From Ruminococcus sp. (lineage in GTDB: Bacteria; Bacillota; Clostridia; Oscillospirales; Ruminococcaceae): a stretch of DNA of 64,000 nt. The DNA lies in contig JAJQIH010000037.1 of NCBI GenBank assembly GCA_021199305.1, positions 1-64,000 on the forward strand, read 5' to 3'. A program made the translations under genes and the position numbers. Below the pieces are notes generated by a model. That model searched no databases, had not been told where the DNA came from, and worked only from the letters and a program-made list of their open reading frames with translations. Shown here piece after piece: positions 53,926 through 64,000 of this stretch (the stretch's first letter is position 1; each line of letters opens with the position of its first letter).

Positions 53926-56280
53926 TTATATAGCACTTTCTTTAAGCGCCTTTTCGGTGGCAATCGTTTTAAATTCATCTCCTGTTACGGTAAGCTTTAT
54001 TTCAGACGACCCGCCCGTAATTATTTCGTCGCCGACAATCGTTTTTATCTCGTTTGAAATTATCTTTATAACCTCTCTTGCTTCGCCGTTTTTGTTTTGT
54101 ATCGCTTTTTCTACAATCTGAGGGATTACTCTGCCTGAAATATTAAGCTTTATCCCTTTGCTCTTACAGCCGTCTGAAAGCGAGGTGAGCTTATCTTCTG
54201 CAATTTTACAAAGCGACTGCCTGTCAAGCGGTTTGAAATATACGCACTCGTCAATTCTGTTTAAAAGCTCAGCAGAAAAAAATTCCTTTACGCTTTTGTC
54301 CATTCGCTCACGCTCAAGCTTGCTTGAGTCCGCTTGATTAAATCCGACCGAAGAGGTATGGCAAGCGGCTCCCAAATTGGTAGTCATAATGATAAGGGTA
54401 TTTTTAAAAGATGCTCGCCTGCCTTTTGAGTCCTCTAAAAATCCTGTATCCAGGACCTGAAGCAAGAGATTATAAATGTCCTTGTGCGCCTTTTCAATTT
54501 CGTCAAACAAAAGCACGCTGTACGGCTTTTTGCGAACCTTTTCAGTCAGCTCCCCTGCGTTTTCGTACCCGACGTAGCCTGCTGGCGAGCCTATAAGCCT
54601 TGAAATGGTATGCTGCTGAGAAAATTCGCTCATATCAAATCTTATAAGCGAGCCTTTGCCGAAAATTTCCTCGGAAATAAGACTCGCTAAATGCGTCTTG
54701 CCAACGCCGCTTCTCCCCATAAAGACAAATGCGCCGATAGGACCCGATCTTTCGTCTAGGTCAATGCGGCTTCGCCTTATTGCTTTTAAAAGCGTGTCTA
54801 CTGCATCGTTTTGTCCGAAAATTTTCTCTTTTATCTTTTTTTCGCTTATATAAAGCTCGCTCAGTTCATTTCTTGAAATCCTGTTCGCTGGAACGCCTAA
54901 GCTTTCGCTGATATGCTGCCTTATATGCTTGTCACTGAGAGCGGGAGTGCTGGCGTTTGTTTTGCCTGAAATAAGAGAAAGATACTTATCCCTTGAAATT
55001 TCGCCGGACACATAGCTGTTAAATGCGTCGTACATATTGCTGCCGTCCCTGTCGCTGTTTTCAAGCCGAAGCTTTGAGCAGGCTTCGTCAATCAGGTCTA
55101 TCGCTTTGTCTGGAAAATACCTGTCGGTAATGTAGCGCTTTGAAAGCCGTATTGCTTCCGTAATTGCGCTGTCAAGTATTTTTACCCCGTGAAATTTTTC
55201 GTATTCAGGCTTTATGCCGTTGAGGATAAGTCTGGTCTGCGCTTCGTCAGGTTCGTTTACAAACACCTTTTGAAATCTTCTTTCCAGCGCTGCGTCCTTT
55301 TCAATACAGCTTCTGTATTCTTCATAGGTCGTAGCACCGATAAGCTGTAGCGAACCTCTTGCAAGCTCAGGCTTTAATATGCTTGCAGCGTCAATAGCTC
55401 CCTCAGCAGCACCCGTTCCCATAATAGAGTGTATTTCGTCAATGAACAGTATTATATTTTTGTCGCCCGCCGCTTCCGCTAAGCATTCCTTAAGCCGTTC
55501 CTCAAAGTCGCCCCGATATTTAGCTCCTGCGAGAATAAGGCTTAAATCAAGCGCAAAAATTCTCTTGCCAATAAGCGGTGCGGGAGCGGATTTCTCGTAA
55601 ATTCTCTTTGCAAGTCCTTCGACAATAGCTGATTTTCCAACTCCCGCTTCACCGATAAGACAGGGGTTGTTTTTGTTTCGCCGCAAAAGAATCTGTGATA
55701 TTCTCGCCATTTGCTCGTCACGCTCAAAGCAGGTATCAAGCGTTTTAACATTCTTTTCATCTGTAAGCTCTTTGGAATACTTTTCGAGCGCCTTGTACTT
55801 TTTGGCCTTTACGGTAACTGATTTTAAATCTCCGTTTCCGACGTTTGCACAGTCGCAATAAAGGCTCGAAATTGATACGTCCTGACCTCGCAAAGCGTCC
55901 ATTGCCGCCGAGCCTTCAAGCCGCAAAAGCATCATCAGAATATGTTCAGTTCCAGCTTTTGAAAGCCCTAAATTCTTAGCAAGCGTTACGCTGCCTGAAA
56001 TTATTCTTCTAGCGTTTTGCGAAAAGCTTTTGTCGCTAAGCGTTACCTCCCGACCCGAATCGGAAAAATCGTCAAGAAAACGCGTCAAATCGCTTTTTCT
56101 GACGCCCTGTCGCTTTAAAAGATAAGTTCCGACGCAATTTTCAATTTCAAAAAACGACAGAAGTAAATGCTCGCTTCCTATATATTCGTATCCCTTTTCC
56201 TGCGCAATGTTAATGCTCTTTTTAATAAGCTCCTTTGCCTGAGGAGTAAATTCATTTAAAAGCCTGGTGAATTTGTCCAT
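53926..56280 (-). CDS. Clp protease ATP-binding subunit, ClpC-like (two AAA+ modules, N-terminal Clp_N repeats)
   Basis: GEAGVGKSAIVEGLA and GRSGVGKTHLA Walker A motifs. Confidence 0.8.
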   Translation of the reverse strand: MDKFTRLLNEFTPQAKELIKKSINIAQEKGYEYIGSEHLLLSFFEIENCVGTYLLKRQGVRKSDLTRFLDDFSDSGREVTLSDKSFSQNARRIISGSVTLAKNLGLSKAGTEHILMMLLRLEGSAAMDALRGQDVSISSLYCDCANVGNGDLKSVTVKAKKYKALEKYSKELTDEKNVKTLDTCFERDEQMARISQILLRRNKNNPCLIGEAGVGKSAIVEGLAKRIYEKSAPAPLIGKRIFALDLSLILAGAKYRGDFEERLKECLAEAAGDKNIILFIDEIHSIMGTGAAEGAIDAASILKPELARGSLQLIGATTYEEYRSCIEKDAALERRFQKVFVNEPDEAQTRLILNGIKPEYEKFHGVKILDSAITEAIRLSKRYITDRYFPDKAIDLIDEACSKLRLENSDRDGSNMYDAFNSYVSGEISRDKYLSLISGKTNASTPALSDKHIRQHISESLGVPANRISRNELSELYISEKKIKEKIFGQNDAVDTLLKAIRRSRIDLDERSGPIGAFVFMGRSGVGKTHLASLISEEIFGKGSLIRFDMSEFSQQHTISRLIGSPAGYVGYENAGELTEKVRKKPYSVLLFDEIEKAHKDIYNLLLQVLDTGFLEDSKGRRASFKNTLIIMTTNLGAACHTSSVGFNQADSSKLERERMDKSVKEFFSAELLNRIDECVYFKPLDRQSLCKIAEDKLTSLSDGCKSKGIKLNISGRVIPQIVEKAIQNKNGEAREVIKIISNEIKTIVGDEIITGGSSEIKLTVTGDEFKTIATEKALKESAI

Positions 56281-56465
56281 TTCATTGCTCCTTTCTGTGA
56301 TACTATCATTTTTGTCTGAAATAATTTTTTTAATCTCTTCTTATTGTATGCTTTGTGAATTTGTCTGTAACACATTTTATGAGAATTCATAAACTGTACT
56401 ATAAAGCAAAAAAGCTCTGAACAAACGAGTATTGCTTTAAATTACTGTAAAGGAGTGTTTTTATA

Positions 56466-56582
56466 ATGAACGGATGCGGATTTGGTGGATGCTGGTGGAT
56501 TATTATTCTTATCCTTATCATCGCTTGCTGCTGTGGTAACAGCTGTGGCTGTGGAAACAACGATTGCGGATGCGGATGCTAA
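56466..56582 (+). CDS. Unannotated 38-aa Cys/Gly-rich hydrophobic micro-protein, YjcZ-like small sporulation-protein pattern
   Basis: MNGCGFGGCWWIIILILIIACCCGNSCGCGNNDCGCGC; RBS AAGGAG 12 nt upstream; own terminator downstream. Not on the ORF track because it is under 60 aa. Confidence 0.55.
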   Translation: MNGCGFGGCWWIIILILIIACCCGNSCGCGNNDCGCGC

Positions 56583-56602
56583 TCTGATTTTACAAAAAAA
56601 AT

Positions 56603-56637
56603 CCGGCGTGGAGGTCTGACCTCTGCGCCGATTTTTT
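56603..56637 (+). terminator. Intrinsic terminator after the micro-ORF
   Basis: Imperfect GC-rich hairpin followed by ATTTTTTG. Confidence 0.5.
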
Positions 56638-56739
56638 GTTTCAAAATGCTGTATTTTTGAAAAATAACTATTGACAAAGAGACGTTGTTGTGTTAAAATA
56701 TATTGTAGCGAATACTCAATACTTTACGGAGGAATTTTT

Positions 56740-57750
56740 ATGAGTACCATTTTAGTAACAGGCGGAGCAGGCTTTATCGGAAGCCACACAAGCGTTGAGC
56801 TGCTGGAAGCAGGCTACAATATAGTAATTGTCGACAACTTTTCAAACTCAAAGCCGGAAGCTCTCAACAGAATCAAAAAAATCACAGGCAAGGATTTTAA
56901 GTTTTATGAAGCTGACCTGCTTGACCTTGACGCAATGAATAAAATATTTTCTGAAAATGAAATAGATGCAGTTATTCATTTCGCAGGTCTTAAAGCGGTA
57001 GGCGAATCTGTTGAAAAGCCTGTTGAATATTATCACAACAATATTACAGGAACACTGATGCTGATAACTGCTATGAAAGCGGCAGGTGTAAAGAAGATTG
57101 TTTTCTCTTCATCTGCAACAGTTTACGGAATGCACAACAAAGCGCCTTATGTCGAGGATATGCCGACAAGTGCTACAAATCCTTATGGCTACACAAAGGT
57201 AATGATCGAGCAGATTTTAAAGGACGTTTATACCTCTGACAATGAGTGGAGCGTTTCTCTGCTTCGTTACTTTAACCCGATCGGAGCGCACAAGAGCGGA
57301 CTTATCGGCGAGGACCCGAACGGAATACCAAACAATCTTTTGCCATATATCGCTCAGGTAGCGGTCGGCAAGCTTGAATGCCTGGGAGTTTTCGGAAACG
57401 ACTACGATACCCCCGACGGTACAGGAGTCAGAGATTACATTCACGTTGTCGACCTCGCAACAGGTCACTTGGCTGCCGTTAAATACGTTCTGGAGCATAA
57501 AGGTGTTGAAGCTGTTAATTTAGGAACAGGTAAAGGCTCGAGTGTAATGGAGGTTTTGCATAGCTTTGAAAAGGCTTGCGGAAGGGAGCTTCCGTACAAA
57601 ATAATGCCGAGAAGAGCAGGAGATATTGCAACCTGCTATGCTGATACTACAAAGGCTTTTGAGCTTTTCGGCTGGAAGGCGAAGTATACGCTTGATGAAA
57701 TGACAGCAGACGGCTGGAATTTCACTAAAAACAATCCAAACGGACTTTAA
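56740..57750 (+). CDS. galE: UDP-glucose 4-epimerase
   Basis: MSTILVTGGAGFIGSHT...; SSSATVYG; YxxxK. Confidence 0.85.
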   Translation: MSTILVTGGAGFIGSHTSVELLEAGYNIVIVDNFSNSKPEALNRIKKITGKDFKFYEADLLDLDAMNKIFSENEIDAVIHFAGLKAVGESVEKPVEYYHNNITGTLMLITAMKAAGVKKIVFSSSATVYGMHNKAPYVEDMPTSATNPYGYTKVMIEQILKDVYTSDNEWSVSLLRYFNPIGAHKSGLIGEDPNGIPNNLLPYIAQVAVGKLECLGVFGNDYDTPDGTGVRDYIHVVDLATGHLAAVKYVLEHKGVEAVNLGTGKGSSVMEVLHSFEKACGRELPYKIMPRRAGDIATCYADTTKAFELFGWKAKYTLDEMTADGWNFTKNNPNGL

Positions 57751-57779
57751 AGAAAAGACATCATTTGAAGGGACGAAAA

Positions 57780-58190
57780 ATGAAAAATTGTTATGCACAG
57801 TTTAAATATTTGTTGGCGGTTTACGAGCTTTCCAAAGGAGATAAGAAGGTGAAAAACGTTGACATTGCAAAGCGGCTTGACGTTTCACGACCAAGCGTCA
57901 GCAAAACGCTTAGATGCCTTTCAAAAAACGGCTTTGTAGACGACGACTTTTCAAACGAGGTTGTCCTGACCGAGAGCGGTAAAGCTGTCGGCAAGGAGCT
58001 TTTTAACAACTACAGATACGCATTGCTGTTTTTCAGAAAGGTTTTAAAGCTTGACGACGAGCAGGCGGACGAGCAGGCGCTTACATTTATAGCGACCTTC
58101 CCCGAAGCTACTGTTGAGCGGCTCAGTCAGACGATGAAAAATACAATTGAACGTCAGCGTGCAATCCGTCACGCAAAGCAAGACCAGTAA
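57780..58190 (+). CDS. DtxR/MntR-family metal-dependent transcriptional regulator
   Basis: Winged-helix N-terminus (VDIAKRLDVSRPSVSKTLRCL). Confidence 0.6.
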   Translation: MKNCYAQFKYLLAVYELSKGDKKVKNVDIAKRLDVSRPSVSKTLRCLSKNGFVDDDFSNEVVLTESGKAVGKELFNNYRYALLFFRKVLKLDDEQADEQALTFIATFPEATVERLSQTMKNTIERQRAIRHAKQDQ

Positions 58191-58246
58191 ATACAAAAAC
58201 GCCCTTGTGGGAATTTCTCACAAAGGCGTTATTTTTATGCTTTTTC

Positions 58247-59512
58247 TCAGACAATTTTTCTGCACTCGATATAATATCTCTTATCCTCAGCGTGACCCAT
58301 AGAAAAGGTCTTTCTCGGTAAAACTCCGTCCTTGATTACTGTCGGGAAAAGCTCGGATTTATGTATATCAGGCAGGATAAAGCCTATTTTGTCGTCGCTG
58401 TCGACAAGCTTTTTTATTGTCTGCGTACCGTGAATGTAATCAATCTCAGCGTCAGTTTCAGACAGATACTCATCCAAAAAGCTCTGAAGGCTGCCGACGG
58501 TAAGATTTGAAGTTGGCTTGTTTATGTAATAGGTCTGTTCCCCGCTTCGGGTTACAACTTTAAAGCTCTGCGAAGCTCCGCTTTTATCTGTCGAAGCTGA
58601 AAGCTTGGCTTTCATATTTTCCAGCAGGTCGCTTACGTTTACGTTTTTAACAAAGCGGTGTATAGCTTCAAATTGAAGTGCTTCGCTGTGAAGGTTTACA
58701 ATTTCAACAAGTGCGTATCTTGCAGGGTGGCAGCTTAAATCCTTGTCAGGATTTTTCGCCTTCAGCTGCTCGTAATAGGTTTTGGCTGTTGCGAGCGAGT
58801 GGTTTCCGTCGCCCATTGCAAAAACGAGCGGCGAAGCGTTTTTGATTTTGTATTTTTCTTCAAATACATTAGCGTCTGCAAGACTGTCAAGCGCTGCGCT
58901 GATTTTTTCGTTGTCTGCGCTGTTTACTAAATAACCCTTTATGCTGCCGCCGCCTTGCGAAAGCGAAGTATCGTAAAGAAGCTTCATATCGTCTGTTCTT
59001 TCGCCGACAGGCTCGATAACAGTTCTGTCCTTGTCGTCGATTAAAATCAGTATGTGCGGAAGCTCAATGCTTGCGTTTTCACGGACCTTGATACGAGGAG
59101 GTATTCTCTCTAAAACTGTAGCTTCAGTAGCTCGCACGAGCGACCGACTGCCTTTTGAATAATCATACTCTTCAAGGTCTATCATTCCGATAATTCCCTG
59201 ACGCAAAATTCCGTTCGACTGTACCCTCTCAACGTAGAAAAACGCATTTTTATATTCCTCAAACACGCCGCTTGAAAGGTACTCGCTCATATTCTCATTT
59301 ATGCTCTCGATTCTCTTTTCAACGTCAGGTGTGTTAAGATAAATTTCCGGAAGTATAAGCTTTAGCGTTGAAAGGCTGTCTCCAACGAGCGAGTAAGCGT
59401 TCTCCCAGTATTCAGGCTCGCTTGTGTATTGGTCGCAGGCGATAGTCGCCCACTTTTTCATATCGACATTTTTCGGAAGTAAAATATCTGCTGGTTTAAA
59501 AGCTCTGTTCAT
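58247..59512 (-). CDS. DUF1015-family protein
   Basis: Conserved Firmicutes family pattern. Confidence 0.55.
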   Translation of the reverse strand: MNRAFKPADILLPKNVDMKKWATIACDQYTSEPEYWENAYSLVGDSLSTLKLILPEIYLNTPDVEKRIESINENMSEYLSSGVFEEYKNAFFYVERVQSNGILRQGIIGMIDLEEYDYSKGSRSLVRATEATVLERIPPRIKVRENASIELPHILILIDDKDRTVIEPVGERTDDMKLLYDTSLSQGGGSIKGYLVNSADNEKISAALDSLADANVFEEKYKIKNASPLVFAMGDGNHSLATAKTYYEQLKAKNPDKDLSCHPARYALVEIVNLHSEALQFEAIHRFVKNVNVSDLLENMKAKLSASTDKSGASQSFKVVTRSGEQTYYINKPTSNLTVGSLQSFLDEYLSETDAEIDYIHGTQTIKKLVDSDDKIGFILPDIHKSELFPTVIKDGVLPRKTFSMGHAEDKRYYIECRKIV

Positions 59513-59542
59513 TAACCTCTCTCCATGTGTGTAAATTTTGCT

Positions 59543-60358
59543 TTAAAGCTTTTCGATAGCGTCTGACATATTGTCAAGCCAATCGCCCTCGAACAGCTCT
59601 GTCATTCCTTTATCTACCGCCGCTGAAAGCTTTTTGGTGATTGGAATTTTGGAAATGTTTTCGATGCCGTACCTGCTTGCAATTTCCTCAATGTGACTGT
59701 CGCCGAAGATGTGATGCTCCTCACCGCAGTTGTCGCAGACAAAGTAGGACATATTTTCAACAATTCCAATTACAGGAACGTCCATAAGCTTTGCCATTTT
59801 TACGGCCTTTTCAACTATCATAGAAACAAGCTCCTGAGGACTTGTAACGACGATAATTCCGTCAACAGGAAGCGACTGGAAAACTGTAAGCGGAACATCT
59901 CCGGTTCCCGGCGGCATATCTACAAACATATAGTCAACCTCGTCCCAGATTACGTCGGTCCAGAACTGAGTAACTGCGCCCGCAATAACAGGTCCTCTCC
60001 AGATAACAGGATCGGTATCGTTTTCAGTCAGGAGATTTAGTGACATTATTTTGATTCCCGTTTTTGTAACAACAGGGAATAGCGCTTCTTCTGTAGAATC
60101 AGCCTTTTCCTTTATTGAAAACGATTTTGGAATAGAAGGACCAGTAATATCAGCGTCCAGAATAGCCGTGCTGTAACCTTTTCTGTTTTGTAAAACCGCC
60201 ATAAGCGAGGTTACAAGCGACTTTCCAACGCCGCCCTTTCCGGAAACTACTGCGATTATTTTTTTGACCTTAGTTCCTTCGTGCGGCTCTTTGATCAGGC
60301 TTTCAGGCTCGTTTGAGCAATTGCTGCTGCAGCTGGAACAATCATGTGTACAACCCAT
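59543..60358 (-). CDS. Mrp/NBP35 (ApbC) family Fe-S cluster carrier ATPase with N-terminal Cys-rich motif
   Basis: VVSGKGGVGKS; N-terminal CTHDCSSCSSNCS. Confidence 0.75.
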   Translation of the reverse strand: MGCTHDCSSCSSNCSNEPESLIKEPHEGTKVKKIIAVVSGKGGVGKSLVTSLMAVLQNRKGYSTAILDADITGPSIPKSFSIKEKADSTEEALFPVVTKTGIKIMSLNLLTENDTDPVIWRGPVIAGAVTQFWTDVIWDEVDYMFVDMPPGTGDVPLTVFQSLPVDGIIVVTSPQELVSMIVEKAVKMAKLMDVPVIGIVENMSYFVCDNCGEEHHIFGDSHIEEIASRYGIENISKIPITKKLSAAVDKGMTELFEGDWLDNMSDAIEKL

Positions 60359-60486
60359 ATTTTATTACTCCTTTTTAAGGGGAACCCCCTGAAATATTCT
60401 AAAGAATAGTATACCATAAATTTTCAAAAAATCAACCGCACCTGCCATTCATTTCAGACAAATGCGGTTTATGTGGGTTTTGTATC

Positions 60487-61401
60487 TTATCCTCCAAGCT
60501 CAACCATTTTAAAAATACACCTTCCGGCTTCTCTGATAAGCTTGTCGCTCATAATTATTTCTTCTCCCTCGCCACAAACGGCGTTATATACGTCAACTAA
60601 GGTTGTCGACTTCATATTCGGGCAGATAAGATCCTTTGAGAGCGGATAAAATCTCTTGTCGGGGCAGCTGTACTGAAGATGTTCGGCAATGCTTATTTCC
60701 GTACCGATAAGAAATTCCTTGTCGTCTGAGCTTCTGGCGTAATTCATAATGCCGCTTGTCGAGCCCACAAAGTCAGCTTCCTTTACAATTGACGGTGCAC
60801 ATTCAGGGTGAACCAAAAGCTTAGCGTCAGGGTGAAGAGCTTTCGCCTTTCTGACATCTGTCAGAGTTACTCTTGCGTGAATAGGACAGCCGCCCTGCAA
60901 AAGCTTAAAGGTCTTGTCAGGAATTTGCCTTTGTACATAATCTCCGAGATTGCAGTCTGGTATAAACAAAATCTTGTCGTTTTCTATGCGCTTTATTATA
61001 TTTACGGCGCTTGAGCTTGTAACGCAAACGTCACAGACAGTTTTAAGCTCAGCTGTTGTATTGATATATGCAACTACTGTGTAATCCGGATAACGTTCCT
61101 TTACGGAAACTATCATTTCCTTATCCATTTGCTCCGCCATCGGGCAGGAGGCTACCTTGCTTGAAAGATATACGTTTTTGTCGGGGGATAAAATCTTAAC
61201 CGTTTCAGCCATAAATCTGACTCCACACATCAGAATGTTCTTTTGCGGCGCAGATTTCGCCATTACGCTAAGCTGATAGGAATCGCCTGTAAAATCTGCA
61301 ATTTCGCAAATTTCACGAGCCTGATAGCTGTGTGCCAGAATACATATATCATTTTGCTTTTTAAGTCTCAGAATTTCCTGTTGAAGCTCATATACGTTCA
61401 T
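60487..61401 (-). CDS. nadA: Quinolinate synthase
   Basis: ILAHSYQAREICEIADFTGDS; start at MNVYEL (GGAGG upstream). Confidence 0.75.
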   Translation of the reverse strand: MNVYELQQEILRLKKQNDICILAHSYQAREICEIADFTGDSYQLSVMAKSAPQKNILMCGVRFMAETVKILSPDKNVYLSSKVASCPMAEQMDKEMIVSVKERYPDYTVVAYINTTAELKTVCDVCVTSSSAVNIIKRIENDKILFIPDCNLGDYVQRQIPDKTFKLLQGGCPIHARVTLTDVRKAKALHPDAKLLVHPECAPSIVKEADFVGSTSGIMNYARSSDDKEFLIGTEISIAEHLQYSCPDKRFYPLSKDLICPNMKSTTLVDVYNAVCGEGEEIIMSDKLIREAGRCIFKMVELGG

Positions 61402-61468
61402 TTTTAACCTCCTGAAAAAGTCGGACCGAAAAGCTTCAGTCCGACTCCAGTGCTTTGAAATTTTCTTT

Positions 61469-62758
61469 TTAGTCGCCAAACGCCTGCGACAGGTCGGCGA
61501 TAATATCGTCAATATGCTCTGTGCCTATTGAAAGACGAATTGTGTTTGGCTTGATGCCTTGATCCAGAAGCTCCTCTTCGTTTAGCTGAGAGTGAGTTGT
61601 AGAAGCAGGATGAATAACAAGCGACTTGACGTCAGCAACATTTGCCAAAAGCGAGAAAACTTGAAGCCTGTCGATAAACTCCTGTGCTTCCTTTGCGCCA
61701 CCCTTGATATCAAATGTGAAAATCGACGCTCCGCCGTTTGGAAAATACTTTTTGTAAAGTGCGTTGTAAGGACTGTCCGGAAGGGAAGGGTGATTTACTC
61801 TTTCAACACGAGGGTGATTGTTTAAAAACTCAACAACCTTCAGAGTGTTTTCAACGTGCCGCTCAACTTGAAGTGAGAGCGTTTCAAGTCCTTGCAGGAA
61901 TAAAAATGCGTGAAGCGGTGCGAGGGTTGCTCCTGTATCACGAAGCAGTATAGCTCTTATTTTTGTTACGAACGCCGCTGCTCCGACAGCCTTTGTAAAG
62001 CTGATTCCGTGGTAGCTGGGGTTAGGTTCAACGAGCGACGGGAACTTTCCGCTTGCCTCCCAGTCGAACTTTCCGCTGTCAACTATAACTCCGCCTATAG
62101 CTGTGCCGTGTCCGCCTATAAACTTTGTCGCTGAGTGAACAACTATGTCTGCGCCGTATTCAAACGGACGGACAAGATATGGCGTTGCAAAGGTTGAATC
62201 AACCACCAGCGGAATTTTATGTGCGTGAGCAATGCCTGCAACCTTTTCGATGTCTATAAGGTTAGCGTTCGGATTTCCGATAGTTTCGATAAAAATCGCC
62301 TTGGTGTTGTCGTCAATCGCCTTTTCAAACGAGCCATCCTCGTCAGGGTCGACAAACTTAGCGGTAATTCCGTATTGCGGAAGGGTATGCTCCAAAAGGT
62401 TGTAGGTTCCGCCGTAAATGGTTTTTGCGGAAACTATATTGTCGCCAGCGCCTGCAAGATTTAAAAACGTGTAGGTTATAGCTGCCGCACCCGACGCTAC
62501 GCCAAGCGCCGCAACGCCGCCCTCCAGAGCGGCAATTCTCGCTTCAAATGCGTCGACGGTAGAGTTTGTAAGTCTGCCGTAAATGTTTCCTGCGTCAGCA
62601 AGTCCGAACCTCGCTGCTGCGTGTGCGGAATTTTTAAAAACGTAAGACGTTGTCTGATAAATAGGAACGGCTCTTGCGTCGGAAGCGGAGTCTGGCGACT
62701 CCTGTCCTGCGTGAAGCTGAATCGTTTCAAATTTATATTTATCTAATGTATAGCTCAT
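61469..62758 (-). CDS. metY: O-acetylhomoserine (thiol)-lyase / sulfhydrylase
   Basis: PLP-dependent Cys/Met-metabolism family; [10 protein letters not shown]...; [10 protein letters not shown] lysine motif. Confidence 0.8.
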   Translation of the reverse strand: MSYTLDKYKFETIQLHAGQESPDSASDARAVPIYQTTSYVFKNSAHAAARFGLADAGNIYGRLTNSTVDAFEARIAALEGGVAALGVASGAAAITYTFLNLAGAGDNIVSAKTIYGGTYNLLEHTLPQYGITAKFVDPDEDGSFEKAIDDNTKAIFIETIGNPNANLIDIEKVAGIAHAHKIPLVVDSTFATPYLVRPFEYGADIVVHSATKFIGGHGTAIGGVIVDSGKFDWEASGKFPSLVEPNPSYHGISFTKAVGAAAFVTKIRAILLRDTGATLAPLHAFLFLQGLETLSLQVERHVENTLKVVEFLNNHPRVERVNHPSLPDSPYNALYKKYFPNGGASIFTFDIKGGAKEAQEFIDRLQVFSLLANVADVKSLVIHPASTTHSQLNEEELLDQGIKPNTIRLSIGTEHIDDIIADLSQAFGD

Positions 62759-63116
62759 TTTAATTTACCTCTTTCTGATATTTGCATTTTTTGATTTTGT
62801 CTGTTTTATTTGTGTTCGGAAAATTTAACAGCTACACATTCGTCCTTGTCTGAAATTGTGTCGTATCATTTTTAGCAGCAGTGCTTTCATTTGCAAAACC
62901 TCCGTCAATTTTGATAATACCTATCTGTTTGGTATGTTTTATATTTTACACGATGTCCGAGCATTTGTCAATAGGTTTTAAAGAAATTTTTTTATTTTTT
63001 TAAAAACCTTGTAAATTGATATGTTTTTCGGCATTTCTCTTGAAAAATTCAATACCCTGTGATATACTATGTATTGAGAAATTTCGATATTGATATTACG
63101 TAAAGGAGCGGATGTT

Positions 63117-63554
63117 ATGAAAATTTCAACCAAGGGCAGGTATGCGCTTCGGCTGATGCTTGACCTCGCCGAGCATAAAGACGAGGGATATATAGCTTTG
63201 AAGGATATAGCTCAGAGGCAAAACATTTCAAAGAAGTATCTGGAGCAGATAATACCGCTTGTCAATAAATCGAATATGCTTCGCACAAACAGGGGATTTC
63301 AGGGCGGCTATATGCTTGCGCACTCGCCCGACAAATACACAGTCGGCGACATTCTGAGAACGACTGAAGGAAAGCTCGTTCCGGTAGCCTGTCTTGAAGA
63401 TGAGGAAAATATGTGTCCTCGAGCGGCTGAATGTATGACGCTTGATGTGTGGACGGGACTTGCTAAGGTAATTAACGAATATCTCGATTCAATCACGCTT
63501 CAAACGATTCTCGATACGCAAAAGCAAAAGTTCGCCAACGAGTATTATATTTAA
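63117..63554 (+). CDS. Rrf2-family transcriptional regulator (CymR/IscR-like)
   Basis: MKISTKGRYALRLMLDLAEH...; divergent from metY. Confidence 0.75.
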   Translation: MKISTKGRYALRLMLDLAEHKDEGYIALKDIAQRQNISKKYLEQIIPLVNKSNMLRTNRGFQGGYMLAHSPDKYTVGDILRTTEGKLVPVACLEDEENMCPRAAECMTLDVWTGLAKVINEYLDSITLQTILDTQKQKFANEYYI

Positions 63555-63606
63555 CGAAACGGCTTTGCGCCGAATATATTGTAGTAAACGCAAGGAGGTC
63601 ATCATA

Positions 63607-63942
63607 ATGAGCGACTACAAAAAGGATATTTTGAATTTTGCCAGAAAGGCTGAAGAAAAGGTTAAAGACGGAGCTGATAAGGGCGTAAAGCTTGCAAAGG
63701 AAAAAGCTCCTAAAGCGGTAGACTTTGCAAAAAAGAGTGCAGACAAGGCTTCAAAATTTGCGAAGGAAAAGGCACCAGTCGTCAAGGATTTTGCAAAAGA
63801 CGTTGGGAATGAGCTTTACGACGCTGGCGTTGAAGCGAAAGATTATGCAACCAACAAATATAACGAATACAAAAACCGAAACCACATAAAGGTTAGCACT
63901 ACAAAGGACGTAATCAATACAGAAGACGAAAACAAGGAATGA
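63607..63942 (+). CDS. Hypothetical lysine-rich repeat protein (KAxxFAKEKAP repeats)
   Basis: ORF plus RBS AAGGAGG before ATG 63607; internal approximately 11-aa repeats. Confidence 0.45.
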   Translation: MSDYKKDILNFARKAEEKVKDGADKGVKLAKEKAPKAVDFAKKSADKASKFAKEKAPVVKDFAKDVGNELYDAGVEAKDYATNKYNEYKNRNHIKVSTTKDVINTEDENKE

Positions 63943-64000
63943 TAGCTGATAAAAGTTCGCTTTGAAGCGGACTTTCGGCTTTAAGGAGGACAAATGAATA

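Overview
This window looks like chromosomal DNA from an anaerobic, spore-forming Clostridia member that also has cellulosome components. The sporulation evidence is spoVT, dipicolinate synthase dpaAB and a YjcZ-like Cys-rich micro-ORF. The cellulosome evidence is a secreted GH5 glycoside hydrolase and a FIVAR/BspA-LRR protein with a C-terminal type-I dockerin. Most of the window is housekeeping: rplU-prp-rpmA-obg-mrnC, a cpsC/cpsD/cpsB capsule-regulation module, a sugar-sensor GGDEF cyclase, pcrA, the aro genes (DAHP synthase, aroB, aroC), rpe, trpS, ychF, nth, clpC-like, galE, nadA, metY and an Rrf2 regulator. The standout is an accessory island of about 11 kb (roughly 5.05-16.3 kb) wedged between the dockerin gene and the rplU operon. 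It opens with a 1.3-kb segment bounded by perfect 27-bp inverted repeats. That segment contains only a tyrosine recombinase gene and a perfect consensus sigma-A promoter (TTGACA-17-TATAAT) that currently points away from the downstream genes. This is a Hin-like, self-contained inverton, but built on a tyrosine recombinase. Immediately downstream is a tightly packed five-gene operon. It encodes two paralogous receptor-like proteins (zinc ribbon, TIR domain, TPR, one TM helix, extracytoplasmic WWLRSP/DUF6273-type domain), a short SIR2_2 protein with no SLOG sensor, a zinc-ribbon/SPFH(Band-7)/coiled-coil protein and a 4-TM protein. The arrangement suggests a phase-variable, Thoeris-related TIR-SIR2 system in which the TIR proteins are membrane receptors with an outside-facing sensor domain; I do not recognise this as a described system. 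Other notable items are a roughly 590-nt promoter-to-terminator non-coding unit carrying three ~67-bp tandem repeats, an unannotated 38-aa Cys/Gly-rich sORF, two small dispersed repeat families in gene-free intergenic DNA, and a poly-C tract at the window start that is probably an artefact. All calls come from reading the sequence and the ORF translations; no database searches were run.
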